Shown here in pieces: positions 1-9,700 of a stretch of DNA of 64,000 nucleotides (positions are counted from its first letter, which is position 1; the number at the start of each line of letters is the position of its first letter). The notes beneath the pieces were generated by a model. It saw nothing but the letters and a program-made list of their open reading frames with translations, was not told the DNA's origin and made no database searches. The DNA lies in NCBI GenBank assembly GCA_963702845.1, contig OY969763.1:534719-598718 (forward strand). Direction: 5' to 3'. The stretch is from an uncultured Verrucomicrobiae bacterium. GTDB taxonomy: Bacteria > Verrucomicrobiota > Verrucomicrobiia > Limisphaerales > Palsa-1400. Both the position numbers and the translations under genes were made by a program.

Positions 1-864
1 GATGTGTTTCATTTTGAGCGCAGCTTTCGGCGCGTATGCACCGCGGTTGTTGTTGAAAACCAAGTGCATCTCATCGAGAGATTCGGAGAGCCGAATCGCG
101 CGTTCGCCAATTTCTTCCAGTTCCTCGTCGGAATAATCGTAATCGAAACGTTCTGCCACTGTCTTGCCGGTGAGATATCCGCGCGCATTTCGTCCATGGG
201 CACGCAAGTAGCCGACGCGTGGATGGGTCGTGATATCAATGTTCGGCATGAGCTTGAAATGTTCGACGGCAGGCGTGTCGACGGCCACAAAAATGAGATG
301 GCGCTGCTGGAAGAAATCGGTTGTCGCTTCGAGTTGCATGCCCTCGACCCAATCGCGATTGCGCAATTCAACCGCCAGTTTGTAATCTTGCAGCAGCGAG
401 AGAAGATGTTCGAGTTCGTGAAGTTGATGTCGTCTTGGCCCGAACGACGGCGGCAACTGTAACAACAAAACCCCAAGTTTGCCTGAGCGTTCGAACGGCT
501 CCAACGCTTCCAACGAACGGGTCACGACGGAATTCTCCATCGTAGGCGTGACTAGAACGCGGCCCTGAGAATCCAGTTCCGCATCGTAACGCAAATCAGG
601 CGGGAGAAAATCAGGACCGGTGCTATGCCGAGAAAGCAATCGATGCAGTTTTACGTTGAATGTGAAGTTGTCCGGCGTTTGGTCACACCAATGTTGGGTC
701 GTGCGCCGATCCGGGATCGAATAGAAGGTTGAGTTGACCTCAACCATTTCAAAATGTTGAGCGTACCAGGGCAGTCGTTGAGACGCAGGCAGGGTGGGCG
801 GATACCACTCCGCGATATAACCCAAGTCCGACCAACTGGCCGTGCCCACCAGGATCTTCGACAT
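1..864 (-). CDS. DUF72 (UPF0759) family protein, C-terminus runs off the window edge
   Basis: Minus-strand ORF starts at ATG 864..862 behind a GGAGGA ribosome-binding site and translates to MSKILVGTASWSDLGYIAEWYPP...FYSIP, typical of DUF72. No stop is reached before position 1. It is missing from the ORF track only because it is edge-truncated. Confidence 0.75.
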   Translation of the reverse strand, partial: MSKILVGTASWSDLGYIAEWYPPTLPASQRLPWYAQHFEMVEVNSTFYSIPDRRTTQHWCDQTPDNFTFNVKLHRLLSRHSTGPDFLPPDLRYDAELDSQGRVLVTPTMENSVVTRSLEALEPFERSGKLGVLLLQLPPSFGPRRHQLHELEHLLSLLQDYKLAVELRNRDWVEGMQLEATTDFFQQRHLIFVAVDTPAVEHFKLMPNIDITTHPRVGYLRAHGRNARGYLTGKTVAERFDYDYSDEELEEIGERAIRLSESLDEMHLVFNNNRGAYAPKAALKMKHI

Positions 865-1130
865 AGTTCCTCCTAACGTGGAAACTCTCACGCTGCTTTA
901 CTTGTTACGCAACTGATTTCCCGCGTTAACCATCCGCTTCCTTCGGAACTACCCTCGCTCTCAATCCGTATTTCAAAAGTGGTGAGGCGATTGAAAGGGG
1001 CTTCAGCGAAGAGCAGATAGTCCCGTCATATATTCCGGCTCGGTCGACTGATGTCTTTGTGACTTTTTTACTCAGCCTTTCCGAACTGCGTCCTTTCGCC
1101 AGCAGGTGAATTGCTGTTTACTGTTCGGTG

Positions 1131-2235
1131 ATGCAGTTAGGTCCGCTTCAGCTTAAATCGAATCTTTTTCTGTCGCCTTTGGCCGGTTATACCAACCTGC
1201 CATTCCGGCTGACTTTGCGGGAAGTTGGCGGCCTGGACCTTTGTCACGACGGACCTCGTTAACGCGCGATCTTTGTTGGAAAAGAATCCGAAAGCTTTGA
1301 AGCTGATCGAAACGTCTCCAGCCGACCGTCCGCTTGCAGTGCAATTGTTCGGGTCCGTTCCAGAAGAAATGCGTGACGCCGCCGCTTACCTCGAGTCCAT
1401 CGGCATCTCCTCTGTCGACATCAACATGGGTTGTCCCGTTCGCAAAGTCTGCAAAGTCGGCGGCGGTTCGGCGATGATGACCGAGATGGATAAGACGGCG
1501 GCGCTGGTCAGGGGAATGGTTGATGTCGTTAAAATCCCAGTTACAGCAAAGATGCGACTTGGTTGGGACGACCAAAACCTGACTGCGCCCGATCTGGCGC
1601 GCGTCCTGGAGGATGCTGGTGTCTCCGCCATTTTTGTTCATGGCCGAACGCGTGAACAAGGGTTCGGTGGCCGCGTCAATCTCGCGGGAATCCGCGCAGT
1701 TGTTAAGGCCGTGAAACGCATTCCAGTGATCGGCAATGGCGACGTGACGACTCCGCAGGCGGCGAAGATGATGTTCGATGAAACCGGCTGTGCTGCGGTG
1801 AGCATCGGCCGTGGCGCTTTCTACAATCCTTGGATTTTTCTTCACGCAGCTCACTACGTCAGCACCGGTGAGTTGTTACCAGAACCGAGCTTTAACGAAC
1901 GCGTGCGCGTCATGTGCCGGCATTTGGATTTGATGATCGAAGTGTTCGGTGAAACGCATGGTTGCCGGATGTTTCGCAAAGTGGGGCCGTGGTATTCGAA
2001 GCGATTTGGGCCCGCGAACGATTTCAACAAACGCATCGTTCAGCTTTCGACGAAAGCCGAATTTTACGAACTGCTGGAAAACTACCGACGTTGGCGCGCG
2101 CAGTTTGTTGACGAGAACGGCGACCTCCAAGCGCGCTACCAGCCGCCACCCATGGTTGCGTCTTTCATGCAGGAAGCCGGCGTGGCTCACAGGCAGGTCA
2201 TTCCCGTGCCGAAAGGTCCAGTCGAAGTTTGGTGA
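1131..2235 (+). CDS. dus: tRNA-dihydrouridine synthase (DusB-like), disrupted by an apparent +1 frameshift at a T-run near 1238-1241
   Basis: Frame 0 from ATG 1131 reads MQLGPLQLKSNLFLSPLAGYTNLPFRLTLREVGGLDL, the Dus N-terminal LAPMAG.TD..FR motif, then hits a stop. Frame +1 (track ORF 1225..2235) continues VTTDLVNA...PLAVQLFGS...NMGCP...IPVIGNGDV. Deleting one T in cttt-gtc restores LDLVTTDLV. Confidence 0.8.
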
Positions 2236-2244
2236 TGTGGCCCT

Positions 2245-2267
2245 ACGCGCGATTGAAGAGCGCGCGT
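2245..2267. terminator. GC-rich hairpin (ACGCGCG-N9-CGCGCGT) between convergent dus and rpsT; possible bidirectional terminator
   Basis: An inverted repeat sits in the 120-bp gap between the 3' ends of two convergent genes. There is no clear U-tract, so this is weak. Confidence 0.3.
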
Positions 2268-2354
2268 GTACGTAGCAATTCCGTGAGTTGGAATTGCGGT
2301 GAAAACTGCTGGCGCCGAGGGCGCGCTTCCGAAGATTTCCCTGCTGCCGAAAAC

Positions 2355-2624
2355 TTAGGCTGCTTTGACTTTATTCAAACGAATCGTCAGGCGCGATTTC
2401 TTGCGGCTGGCGTTCGAGGCATGGACGACACCGCGCTTAGCCGCTTTGTCCAACGCAGCAGTCAAAATGCGAAGGGCCTTGGTGGCGTCGTCCTTTTTCC
2501 CGGCGGTCACGAAAGCCGCGTAGTTCGTTTCCAAAGTGTGCAAGCGCGCTTTTTCGCTGTGATTGCGCGTTTGTTTACGCGCGCTGTTGCGCATGCGCCG
2601 CTCGGCTGATTTCGTATTAGGCAT
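2355..2624 (-). CDS. rpsT: 30S ribosomal protein S20
   Basis: 89-aa basic protein MPNTKSAERRMRNSARKQTRN...ALDKAAKRGVVHASNASRKKSRL with the length and composition of S20. Confidence 0.9.
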   Translation of the reverse strand: MPNTKSAERRMRNSARKQTRNHSEKARLHTLETNYAAFVTAGKKDDATKALRILTAALDKAAKRGVVHASNASRKKSRLTIRLNKVKAA

Positions 2625-2684
2625 AACTTAAATTTAAGGAACGGTTACGGTAACCAAAGGGTTTGATTTGTCAACGCCGGGCTA

Positions 2685-5510
2685 GTGGGTAGAATGACCC
2701 TCGCCCCTAAAGCCGTGATGCCAAGACAAACCATCGAGAAACAGCAGGATAAGGCACAACGGCATCCGGCGGTTCCGCTGTTTATCGCAGTTTTGGCTTC
2801 AATTCTGTTTGGCCCTTGGATGATTTGGGCCGATTCGGCCAGCACCAATCAGATCGGCCAAGGCGTTGTTTACATGCGTTTTACGTATAAAAACCTCTAC
2901 ACGTCGACCCAACAGGTTTATGTCGTTGACGTTAATCTGAACGATTCTTCTCCGTCGGTCCGCACTCCTTTTCGCACCGGCGGCGCAACGCGCACTGTCA
3001 GTCAACATGCCGCAACCGTTCCCGGAGCGGTCGCATGTGTTAATGGCGATTTTTTCTCCGGCACAGGTGGGACGCAATTTCTCAAAGTTAACGGCGTGAT
3101 CGTCAACGGAACACAATCGGGCGCGCAAGATCAGCAGGCACTTATTAATGACGGACTCGGCCCAAATAGTGCCAGTATCGTGAGCCGTCCGCCCATTACG
3201 GGCACATGGTCGAACCTGAACGTTTCCAATATCATTGCTTGCGGGCCGGGCTTGATTCAGGACGGAGTTCCGGTAACGCAGTGCGATGACGGAGGCAGTT
3301 TTTGTGGTCGTAATCCCCGCACCGCTGGCGCGTGGACATTTAATAATCACCTACTTCTGTTTGTCATTGATGGACGTTCTTCAGTTGCAGCCGGAATGAG
3401 CCTAGTTGAGTTGCGGGATTATATTGCTGCATTCGCGCCCGTCCGCCAGGCGGTTAACTTCGATGGCGGCGGATCGAGCACGATGTGGATTTCCAGTGGT
3501 GTGCAAAACGTTCCGTCCGATGGAATTCAGCGAGGGGTGGCGAACGCCATCGCGATCGCTGCGGCAGCGCCAGCGGTTCCGGCAACGCCAATTAACTTGG
3601 TCGCCGTTCTTAGGGGCGAAAACATTTTATTGGAATGGCCGGTTTCCTCGGGTGCGATGAGTTACACGATAAAACGCTCAACTACTAACGGCGGTCCTTA
3701 CGGCGTTATCGGTTCGTCAATTGATGCTCGGTTTACCGACACAAATATAGTTATCGGCAAAACTTACTACTACGTTGTTCGAGCCGTGAACCAACTCGGT
3801 CAAAGCGTTGATTCGACTTCCGTTAAAGTCGATACGTCGCAAGTCGCAGCGGCGCCAAATTATCCATACGCGGATACAGTGATTGGGTTGGGAGCTGTTG
3901 GCTATTGGCCTCTACAGGAAACGAATGTTCCGGCAAGTTTTGCGATGGAGACGAACCTTGGGACGTTGGGATTTGCGGGCGATGCCATTTACGCCGCGAC
4001 AAATTCCAGCGCCGTCACGTTCGGCATGGACAGCGCGCTCGCATCTGACAACGCCAACCGATCGGTGCTTTTTAATTCCGCAAGGATAGACAGCTACGCC
4101 TTTGTTCCGCGCACGACTCCGGCATTGACGATCAAGCCGCCGTTCTCGCTGGAATGTTGGGTTAACCCCTCGGCAACGGCTTCCACGCAAGACCTCATTT
4201 CGTTGGGCGGCTCGGGCAAAAACAGCCCGGCGGGTTCTGGCAATTATGCCGGGTTCAGATTGTCGTTTGGCGGCGGCGCATCGGACGGCCACACGTTGCA
4301 ATTCTTCGCTTATACCGGTAACGGCGTTGTGTACAATGTTGGGAGTACTAACATCCAAACCCCGGCTGAATCCGTTTCCGTTGGACAATGGCATCACTGT
4401 GTCGCGACCTACGACGGCACCACCGTCCTTTTGTATGTTGACGGCCAATTGCAGATGACCGGAAAAACTTCGATGGCGATCGACACGTGGTCGCCTCTGA
4501 CAATCGGCACGGGTCGCTGGCAAGGAAAACCGACCCGCGGTTATTGCGGCATGTTGGACGAAGTCGCCATTTATACAAACGTGCTCGGGTCGTCGGCCAT
4601 CATTGCTCATTACAACATCGCAACTAATGCCGGCGCATCTTATCGGGACACCATCTTAAGTCAGCATCCGCTGCTCTATTACCGAATGGATTGCGCGGGC
4701 TATGTCGCTCCTGACCTTGTCCTGAATCCGATTGCGCGCAACCTCGGCTCGTCCCAAATCAATGGATTTTATCAGCAAGGCTCTGAGGCCAGTGCGACGT
4801 CGGGGCCAGCATTGGTCGGATTTGGAACAAGCAGTTTATCCGTGGCTCTCAATGGCGTCTTCAGCTGTGTTAATGCAGGTTTTCATCCCGATTCCAATCC
4901 GACCGGCACTCAATCCTTCTCAATCGCCGCATGGTTCCAAACCTATCCCTCCGACGGCTCGGTGCAGACCATAATGAGCCATGGCACAAATTCGTGGAGT
5001 TTGAACCTCGATGGCACGACCGGCAAATTGGTGTGGAACTCCGGTGCTGGAAACGTCACATCGTCTTCCGTTTTGAACGACGGCGTTTGGCATCAGGTTG
5101 TCGCTGTCCATAATGCCTCGGTGAACATTCTTTATATAGATGGAACGCTTCGAAATTCAGCAGCGGCATCGGGCGCGGTTGTGGGCAATGTGGTTGACGA
5201 CGTTTTTATTGGCGGGGATCCAGAATTCCTCAACGTCACCGGTGGGGAGCGATTTTTCGCGGGCGCTGTCGCACAAGCTGCTTTTTTCACAAATGCGCTA
5301 ACCACTGCGCAGGTGCAACAGCTCTACGTTGCTGCCACGGTTCCAATGATCAGCAGCCAATTCTCCGGCGGCCAGTTCATTATCAATTATTCCGGCACGC
5401 TTCTTTCCTCGACAAATCTGACCGGCCCATACACCTCGGTCTCTGCCGCCACATCACCCTACGCGACAACTCCAACGGGCGCGCAGATGTTCTACCGAAC
5501 AAGCAACTGA
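2685..5510 (+). CDS. secreted multidomain protein: phosphodiester glycosidase (NAGPA-like, DUF2233) + fibronectin type III + two LamG/concanavalin-A-like lectin domains, ending in the FYR-type C-terminal tail
   Basis: N-terminal signal-anchor (FIAVLASILFGPWMIWA). VNGDFFSGTGG...GGGSSTMW is the phosphodiester glycosidase signature. An FN3 block follows (YTIKRSTTNGGPYGVIG...YYYVVRAVN). Two LamG-like blocks follow (CWVNPSA...WHHCVATYDGTTVLLYVDGQ and AAWFQT...WHQVVAVHNASVNILYIDG). The C-terminus is ...STNLTGPYTSV...MFYRTSN. Confidence 0.7.
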   Translation: MGRMTLAPKAVMPRQTIEKQQDKAQRHPAVPLFIAVLASILFGPWMIWADSASTNQIGQGVVYMRFTYKNLYTSTQQVYVVDVNLNDSSPSVRTPFRTGGATRTVSQHAATVPGAVACVNGDFFSGTGGTQFLKVNGVIVNGTQSGAQDQQALINDGLGPNSASIVSRPPITGTWSNLNVSNIIACGPGLIQDGVPVTQCDDGGSFCGRNPRTAGAWTFNNHLLLFVIDGRSSVAAGMSLVELRDYIAAFAPVRQAVNFDGGGSSTMWISSGVQNVPSDGIQRGVANAIAIAAAAPAVPATPINLVAVLRGENILLEWPVSSGAMSYTIKRSTTNGGPYGVIGSSIDARFTDTNIVIGKTYYYVVRAVNQLGQSVDSTSVKVDTSQVAAAPNYPYADTVIGLGAVGYWPLQETNVPASFAMETNLGTLGFAGDAIYAATNSSAVTFGMDSALASDNANRSVLFNSARIDSYAFVPRTTPALTIKPPFSLECWVNPSATASTQDLISLGGSGKNSPAGSGNYAGFRLSFGGGASDGHTLQFFAYTGNGVVYNVGSTNIQTPAESVSVGQWHHCVATYDGTTVLLYVDGQLQMTGKTSMAIDTWSPLTIGTGRWQGKPTRGYCGMLDEVAIYTNVLGSSAIIAHYNIATNAGASYRDTILSQHPLLYYRMDCAGYVAPDLVLNPIARNLGSSQINGFYQQGSEASATSGPALVGFGTSSLSVALNGVFSCVNAGFHPDSNPTGTQSFSIAAWFQTYPSDGSVQTIMSHGTNSWSLNLDGTTGKLVWNSGAGNVTSSSVLNDGVWHQVVAVHNASVNILYIDGTLRNSAAASGAVVGNVVDDVFIGGDPEFLNVTGGERFFAGAVAQAAFFTNALTTAQVQQLYVAATVPMISSQFSGGQFIINYSGTLLSSTNLTGPYTSVSAATSPYATTPTGAQMFYRTSN

Positions 5511-5513
5511 AAA

Positions 5514-6662
5514 TCAGAGTAGTTTGCGAGGGGCCCCGAGAAGTTTGCGGGTATCCCCACCAACAGCGGTCTCCCAGTGGCCAAACCTGTCCGCGGGCAG
5601 TGGGGTGCCTTCAGCATAAACCAGGTAAACGGTATGGTGCGACGTTGACCAGGCGCGTTCTACGTCTGAGCGCTTATATATGTGGCGAACGTGTTGACCT
5701 TTTTGCAGGTTTGTCGCGGGGTCGTTGATCACGACGTCGCCGTTTTCGGTGAATCCGATGCAAACGACCAGGTGACCGTTGCCAGTGGCGTTGCGATCGG
5801 GCGCGAGCAGGTTGTATGGCGCTGAGATGATGACCGGTAGCCCCGCAACGATCCAATCCTCCAATTCGGAGATGCCGCTGAATCGGCTGACATAGGCGCG
5901 CATGCCGGGGAATTTTCCAGCCAATGCAGTGTTGAACGGCCAATTGCCGGTACCGCCAAAATTCGGATCGTAAATAGATGCGGCGACTTCAGGCACGTCG
6001 AGCGCCAACTCGGGCTGATCCAGGCGTTGGCTCCAGTGACCCAGCACCATGCTCAACGACGTCGGACTGCACCAACCTTTTTCTTGTGGATACGAGTTCT
6101 GCGATTTTTCCGGGACCGTTAAGATTTTGCCCCAAGCGGCGCGATTCGGCGGCAACGTGGCGACTTTTACGGTGGTGTCCAGAAACGAGAGCCCAATCGA
6201 CTTCAACTGAGGGGCCGCCTGGTTTGCCGCACCGTGGAGCGTGATGCGCACTTGCACTGCACCGGCCTTTTGGTTGAGTACCAACGTGTCAGATTTCACC
6301 TTCGCGTCGGCGTCGTTCTGTCCGGTGAGACTGGTGCGCTCGTGCTTCGCAGTGTCTTCGGACCAGATGCCCATGGTGTAGAATTTTGTTTTGTGACCTG
6401 GTTGCAGCGCTTGCACCTCCAGTTGAATCCAGGTGCCTGACGGCGTGACCGAGTTCCACGAGAGCACAAATTCGTTCCACGAAATCGGTGATTTGATGAT
6501 GGGCGACGTCAGCGTCGTTGCCTCGCCGGTTGTCGTCTGCGTAAAGTTGTTAAAATTTGTGAGGCCGAGAAACCGCGCCTGCTCTTCCGGACTTCCGCAA
6601 AAAGCGGACGTGATGAACGAGAGCAGACACGACAAGATGAGAACCGCCGGACGCAAATTCAT
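5514..6662 (-). CDS. secreted protein with C-terminal peptidase C39-like (papain-fold) domain
   Basis: Signal peptide MNLRPAVLILSCLLSFITSAFC. The C-terminal half (GWCSPTSLSMVLGHW...GNGHLVVCIGF...) resembles the Peptidase_C39_2 family. It sits 64 bp downstream of the giant gene on the same strand. Confidence 0.5.
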   Translation of the reverse strand: MNLRPAVLILSCLLSFITSAFCGSPEEQARFLGLTNFNNFTQTTTGEATTLTSPIIKSPISWNEFVLSWNSVTPSGTWIQLEVQALQPGHKTKFYTMGIWSEDTAKHERTSLTGQNDADAKVKSDTLVLNQKAGAVQVRITLHGAANQAAPQLKSIGLSFLDTTVKVATLPPNRAAWGKILTVPEKSQNSYPQEKGWCSPTSLSMVLGHWSQRLDQPELALDVPEVAASIYDPNFGGTGNWPFNTALAGKFPGMRAYVSRFSGISELEDWIVAGLPVIISAPYNLLAPDRNATGNGHLVVCIGFTENGDVVINDPATNLQKGQHVRHIYKRSDVERAWSTSHHTVYLVYAEGTPLPADRFGHWETAVGGDTRKLLGAPRKLL

Positions 6663-6726
6663 GGCGTATTGTAAACGGGAATTGCAGCAGAAGTGCGATA
6701 CTTTTTTGTGGTGCCGAATGGCGTGG

Positions 6727-9700
6727 CTATTTCGCGCTCAGATAGGCGATTAAATCGGCCATCGCCTGATGGCTTAAAGCTTTTTCCAATCCTTCTGGCA
6801 TCAGGGATAATCCAGAGCTGGTCAGCGATACGAGGTCGGTGCGAAGGACGGCTTCTTCGGTCCCGCCGGAGCTTTTAATTGTAATGCTGGTTGGGGTTTC
6901 GGCGGCGATGACGCCGGTCAGTTCGCGATCATTTTTCGTAACAGCCGTGTAGCTGAGATACCGTGACTCGATCGCCTGATTGGGATCCAGAATCGCCACG
7001 AGCAATGTCTGCACGGATTTGTTGCCGAGTGCGCCGAGGTCAGGACCAACCGCTTTGCCTTGCCCTTTGAAAAAATGGCAGGTGATGCAGTTTTGTTTAA
7101 ACAAGTTAGCACCACGCTTTGCGTCACCTTTCAGAGACGCGACGTCCTGATAGTCCTCCACCAATTTTTTGCGGTTCGGATTTGCAGAGGCAAAGATTTT
7201 TTTCGCCCGTGAAATTACTGTAGGTTGAACGTGCGTAAGCAATTTCTGTTGGAAGGCCGGCGCGATCTGGCCGGGAGGAATCGAACCCTTCTCAAGTCGA
7301 TCGAGCAATTGCTTGGTCCATCCGAGTCGCGACAGAATTGCGTTCATGATTTCGACACGTGTTTCGGGCAGATAACTTTTCCACCCATCCAACATAACGT
7401 CGGCGGTGAGAGGGATGCGACTGCGTCGGAGTGTAGCGAGTGCAATTTTTCGGGAGCCAGGAGCGCTCGTGCCGCTTAGAAATGAGCCAAGCAGTTTGAC
7501 ATCATCGCTCTGCGCCGAGAGCCCGCGGCCGAAGAGACGCAAGGCTGCCGTTTGATCCGCTTTATGTGAGGCCGGATTGCTGGCGATCAACCGCGCCTCG
7601 GCAAATAACGGCTCCAAACGCTCTGTCGTCATCTTGAGACTTGCTGGCGCGGACTCGTGAAACTTCTTCAACGAAATATTGCGGCGATCCAATGCATCGA
7701 GAAAACCCGCCAGCGCGGAAATCTGCCACGTTTCGATTTTGCCATTCACTGGTTGTGCGATTTTCACCAGCGCGGTTTCGAATGCTTTCGAATCGTCCAT
7801 GGCCGTGGCGAGGCCAACAAGTTGTTCGACGACGTTGCCTGGCGGTTTCGGCGCAGATAAAACCGTCGCCAGCATCTCTCCGACGTGATTGGTCGCTGAA
7901 CTCATCACTGCGATTTGGATTGGCTCGGATTTCGCATTGCGCAGGGCGATTTTTGCCAGGGCTTCTCCAGCGCGCGGGTTACTTGAGTAGCCGAGCGCAA
8001 ACGCAACCTGGTAGCGAACGCGTATGCTGGGATCATCGGCCAAGGCTAGCAGCGCCGTTTCCAATTCCTTGTTCGGCGCACCCGCGTTTTCGATTAGAAA
8101 CGAATCACACATGTGTGCAGCATGTTCGCGTATCGATGCGTACGGGTCTTTTAACGCGGCGGTCACAATCGTTGGGCTTAGCGCATGGAGTGCGCGCAAT
8201 GTGTAGAGCGTGTGAACGCGACCGCGCGTCGGCGCTTTTCCCACTCGACGCGTGATGCCGTTCCAGAACTCAGCTTGCTGACTTTGGATAAACTGCTTTT
8301 CGAGCAACTTAACGACGTTCGTATTCGCGCGCTCGGTCAACAAACGTTGCGCCGTGTCGCGCTGCCAGCCGTTCGGCGACTCCAGTTCGGCGCACAATTC
8401 AGCGTCCATCATTTTCTCCATGTTTGGAATGGGACGCAGTTTCGCTTTCACGGGATAGACGCGGTAAATGCGGCCTTTGTCGGCGCCAGCCCGCAAATCG
8501 TACTGCTTCTGAATTACGGACGGAATCCATTCCGGATGTTCGATGACGAGCCGATACATGTCGGCGACGTAGAGCGCGCCGTCGGGACCGGTCTTTATTT
8601 GCGTGGGTCGAAACCAATTGTCGCGCGACGTTAAAAATTCGCGATGAAGTTCGGTTTTCGCGCGGTGACTTTTGAACGTAACGCCATCGGCTTCGAGTTC
8701 CTCGCGGTGAACGAGATTATGAACCGGTTCGCTGATAAATACGCTATGTGGGAAGTCTGGCCCGAACAGTTCATCGCGGTACGGCGTCGGACTATTGCCT
8801 GACGTGAGATGATTCGCGCCGTTCGGATCGTTGAAGCGTTGCAGCGTTTTGCTCGTTGGATAAACGCGTGTGCCGTTGGTGTATTTCGCCAGTAGTTGAT
8901 ACGTCTGGCTGACGGATAAGTGCGGATTGCGCGTGAGATATTCGATCGGCAGGAAATAGTGCCACAGCATTGTCGCGTTGTTGTTGCCAAACCAATTGCC
9001 CCAGTCATCGCGGTGGCGTCCGAATTGTGTTTCGCCTGCTTGCGTTTCGAACTCGCCCATATCCGGATTTAAACGAAAATCGCGGCCGCCGATGTCGACT
9101 CCCTTTGGTAAATCATCAACTGATTTTTGAAGTCCGCCAATACTGCTAATGGATCCACCGCTGTCGCCGTTTGCCCCATAGAGCCAGCCATCCAAACCGT
9201 AATCGAAACCATTGGCGCGATGTTGTTGATTACCTTCGTTGAAACCAGTGAAGAGCGTCTTGCGAACGTCAGCTTCGCCGTCGCCGTCCGTGTCTTCCGC
9301 GTAAAAAATTTCCGGCGCGGCACTGACAATCACGCCTTTGCGCCATGGATAGATGCCATTCGGAAAATTCACGCCTTCGAGGAACACCGTGGATTTGTCG
9401 TAAATTCCATCGCCGTTCGTGTCCTCAAGGAATCGGATGATGCCGCCGGGTTTTCCTTTGCCGTCGATGCCGAGCGGGTAATCGCCCATTTCAACAACCC
9501 ACAGTTTTCCATCGGCACCCCACTCGAACGCGACTGGGCTTTTCGTCAGCGGTTCGCTCGCGACCAGTTCCACTTTGAAACCAGGGACGGGGCTCATGCA
9601 CGCGAGCGAGGCTTTTGGTGATTTTGGCTTTGGTTGGCCAAAGGTTATCAGGTCGTGAAACGAGTAACGACTGACGACCTGGTGAAGACCGGCGGAATCG

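Noticed and set aside
1153-1854. 233-aa minus-strand ORF, and similar antisense ORFs within the giant gene (7641..8255, 8185..8634, 9127..9621, 10483..10965)
   Set aside because: They are antisense to dus and to the 1618-aa gene respectively, with no recognisable domains.
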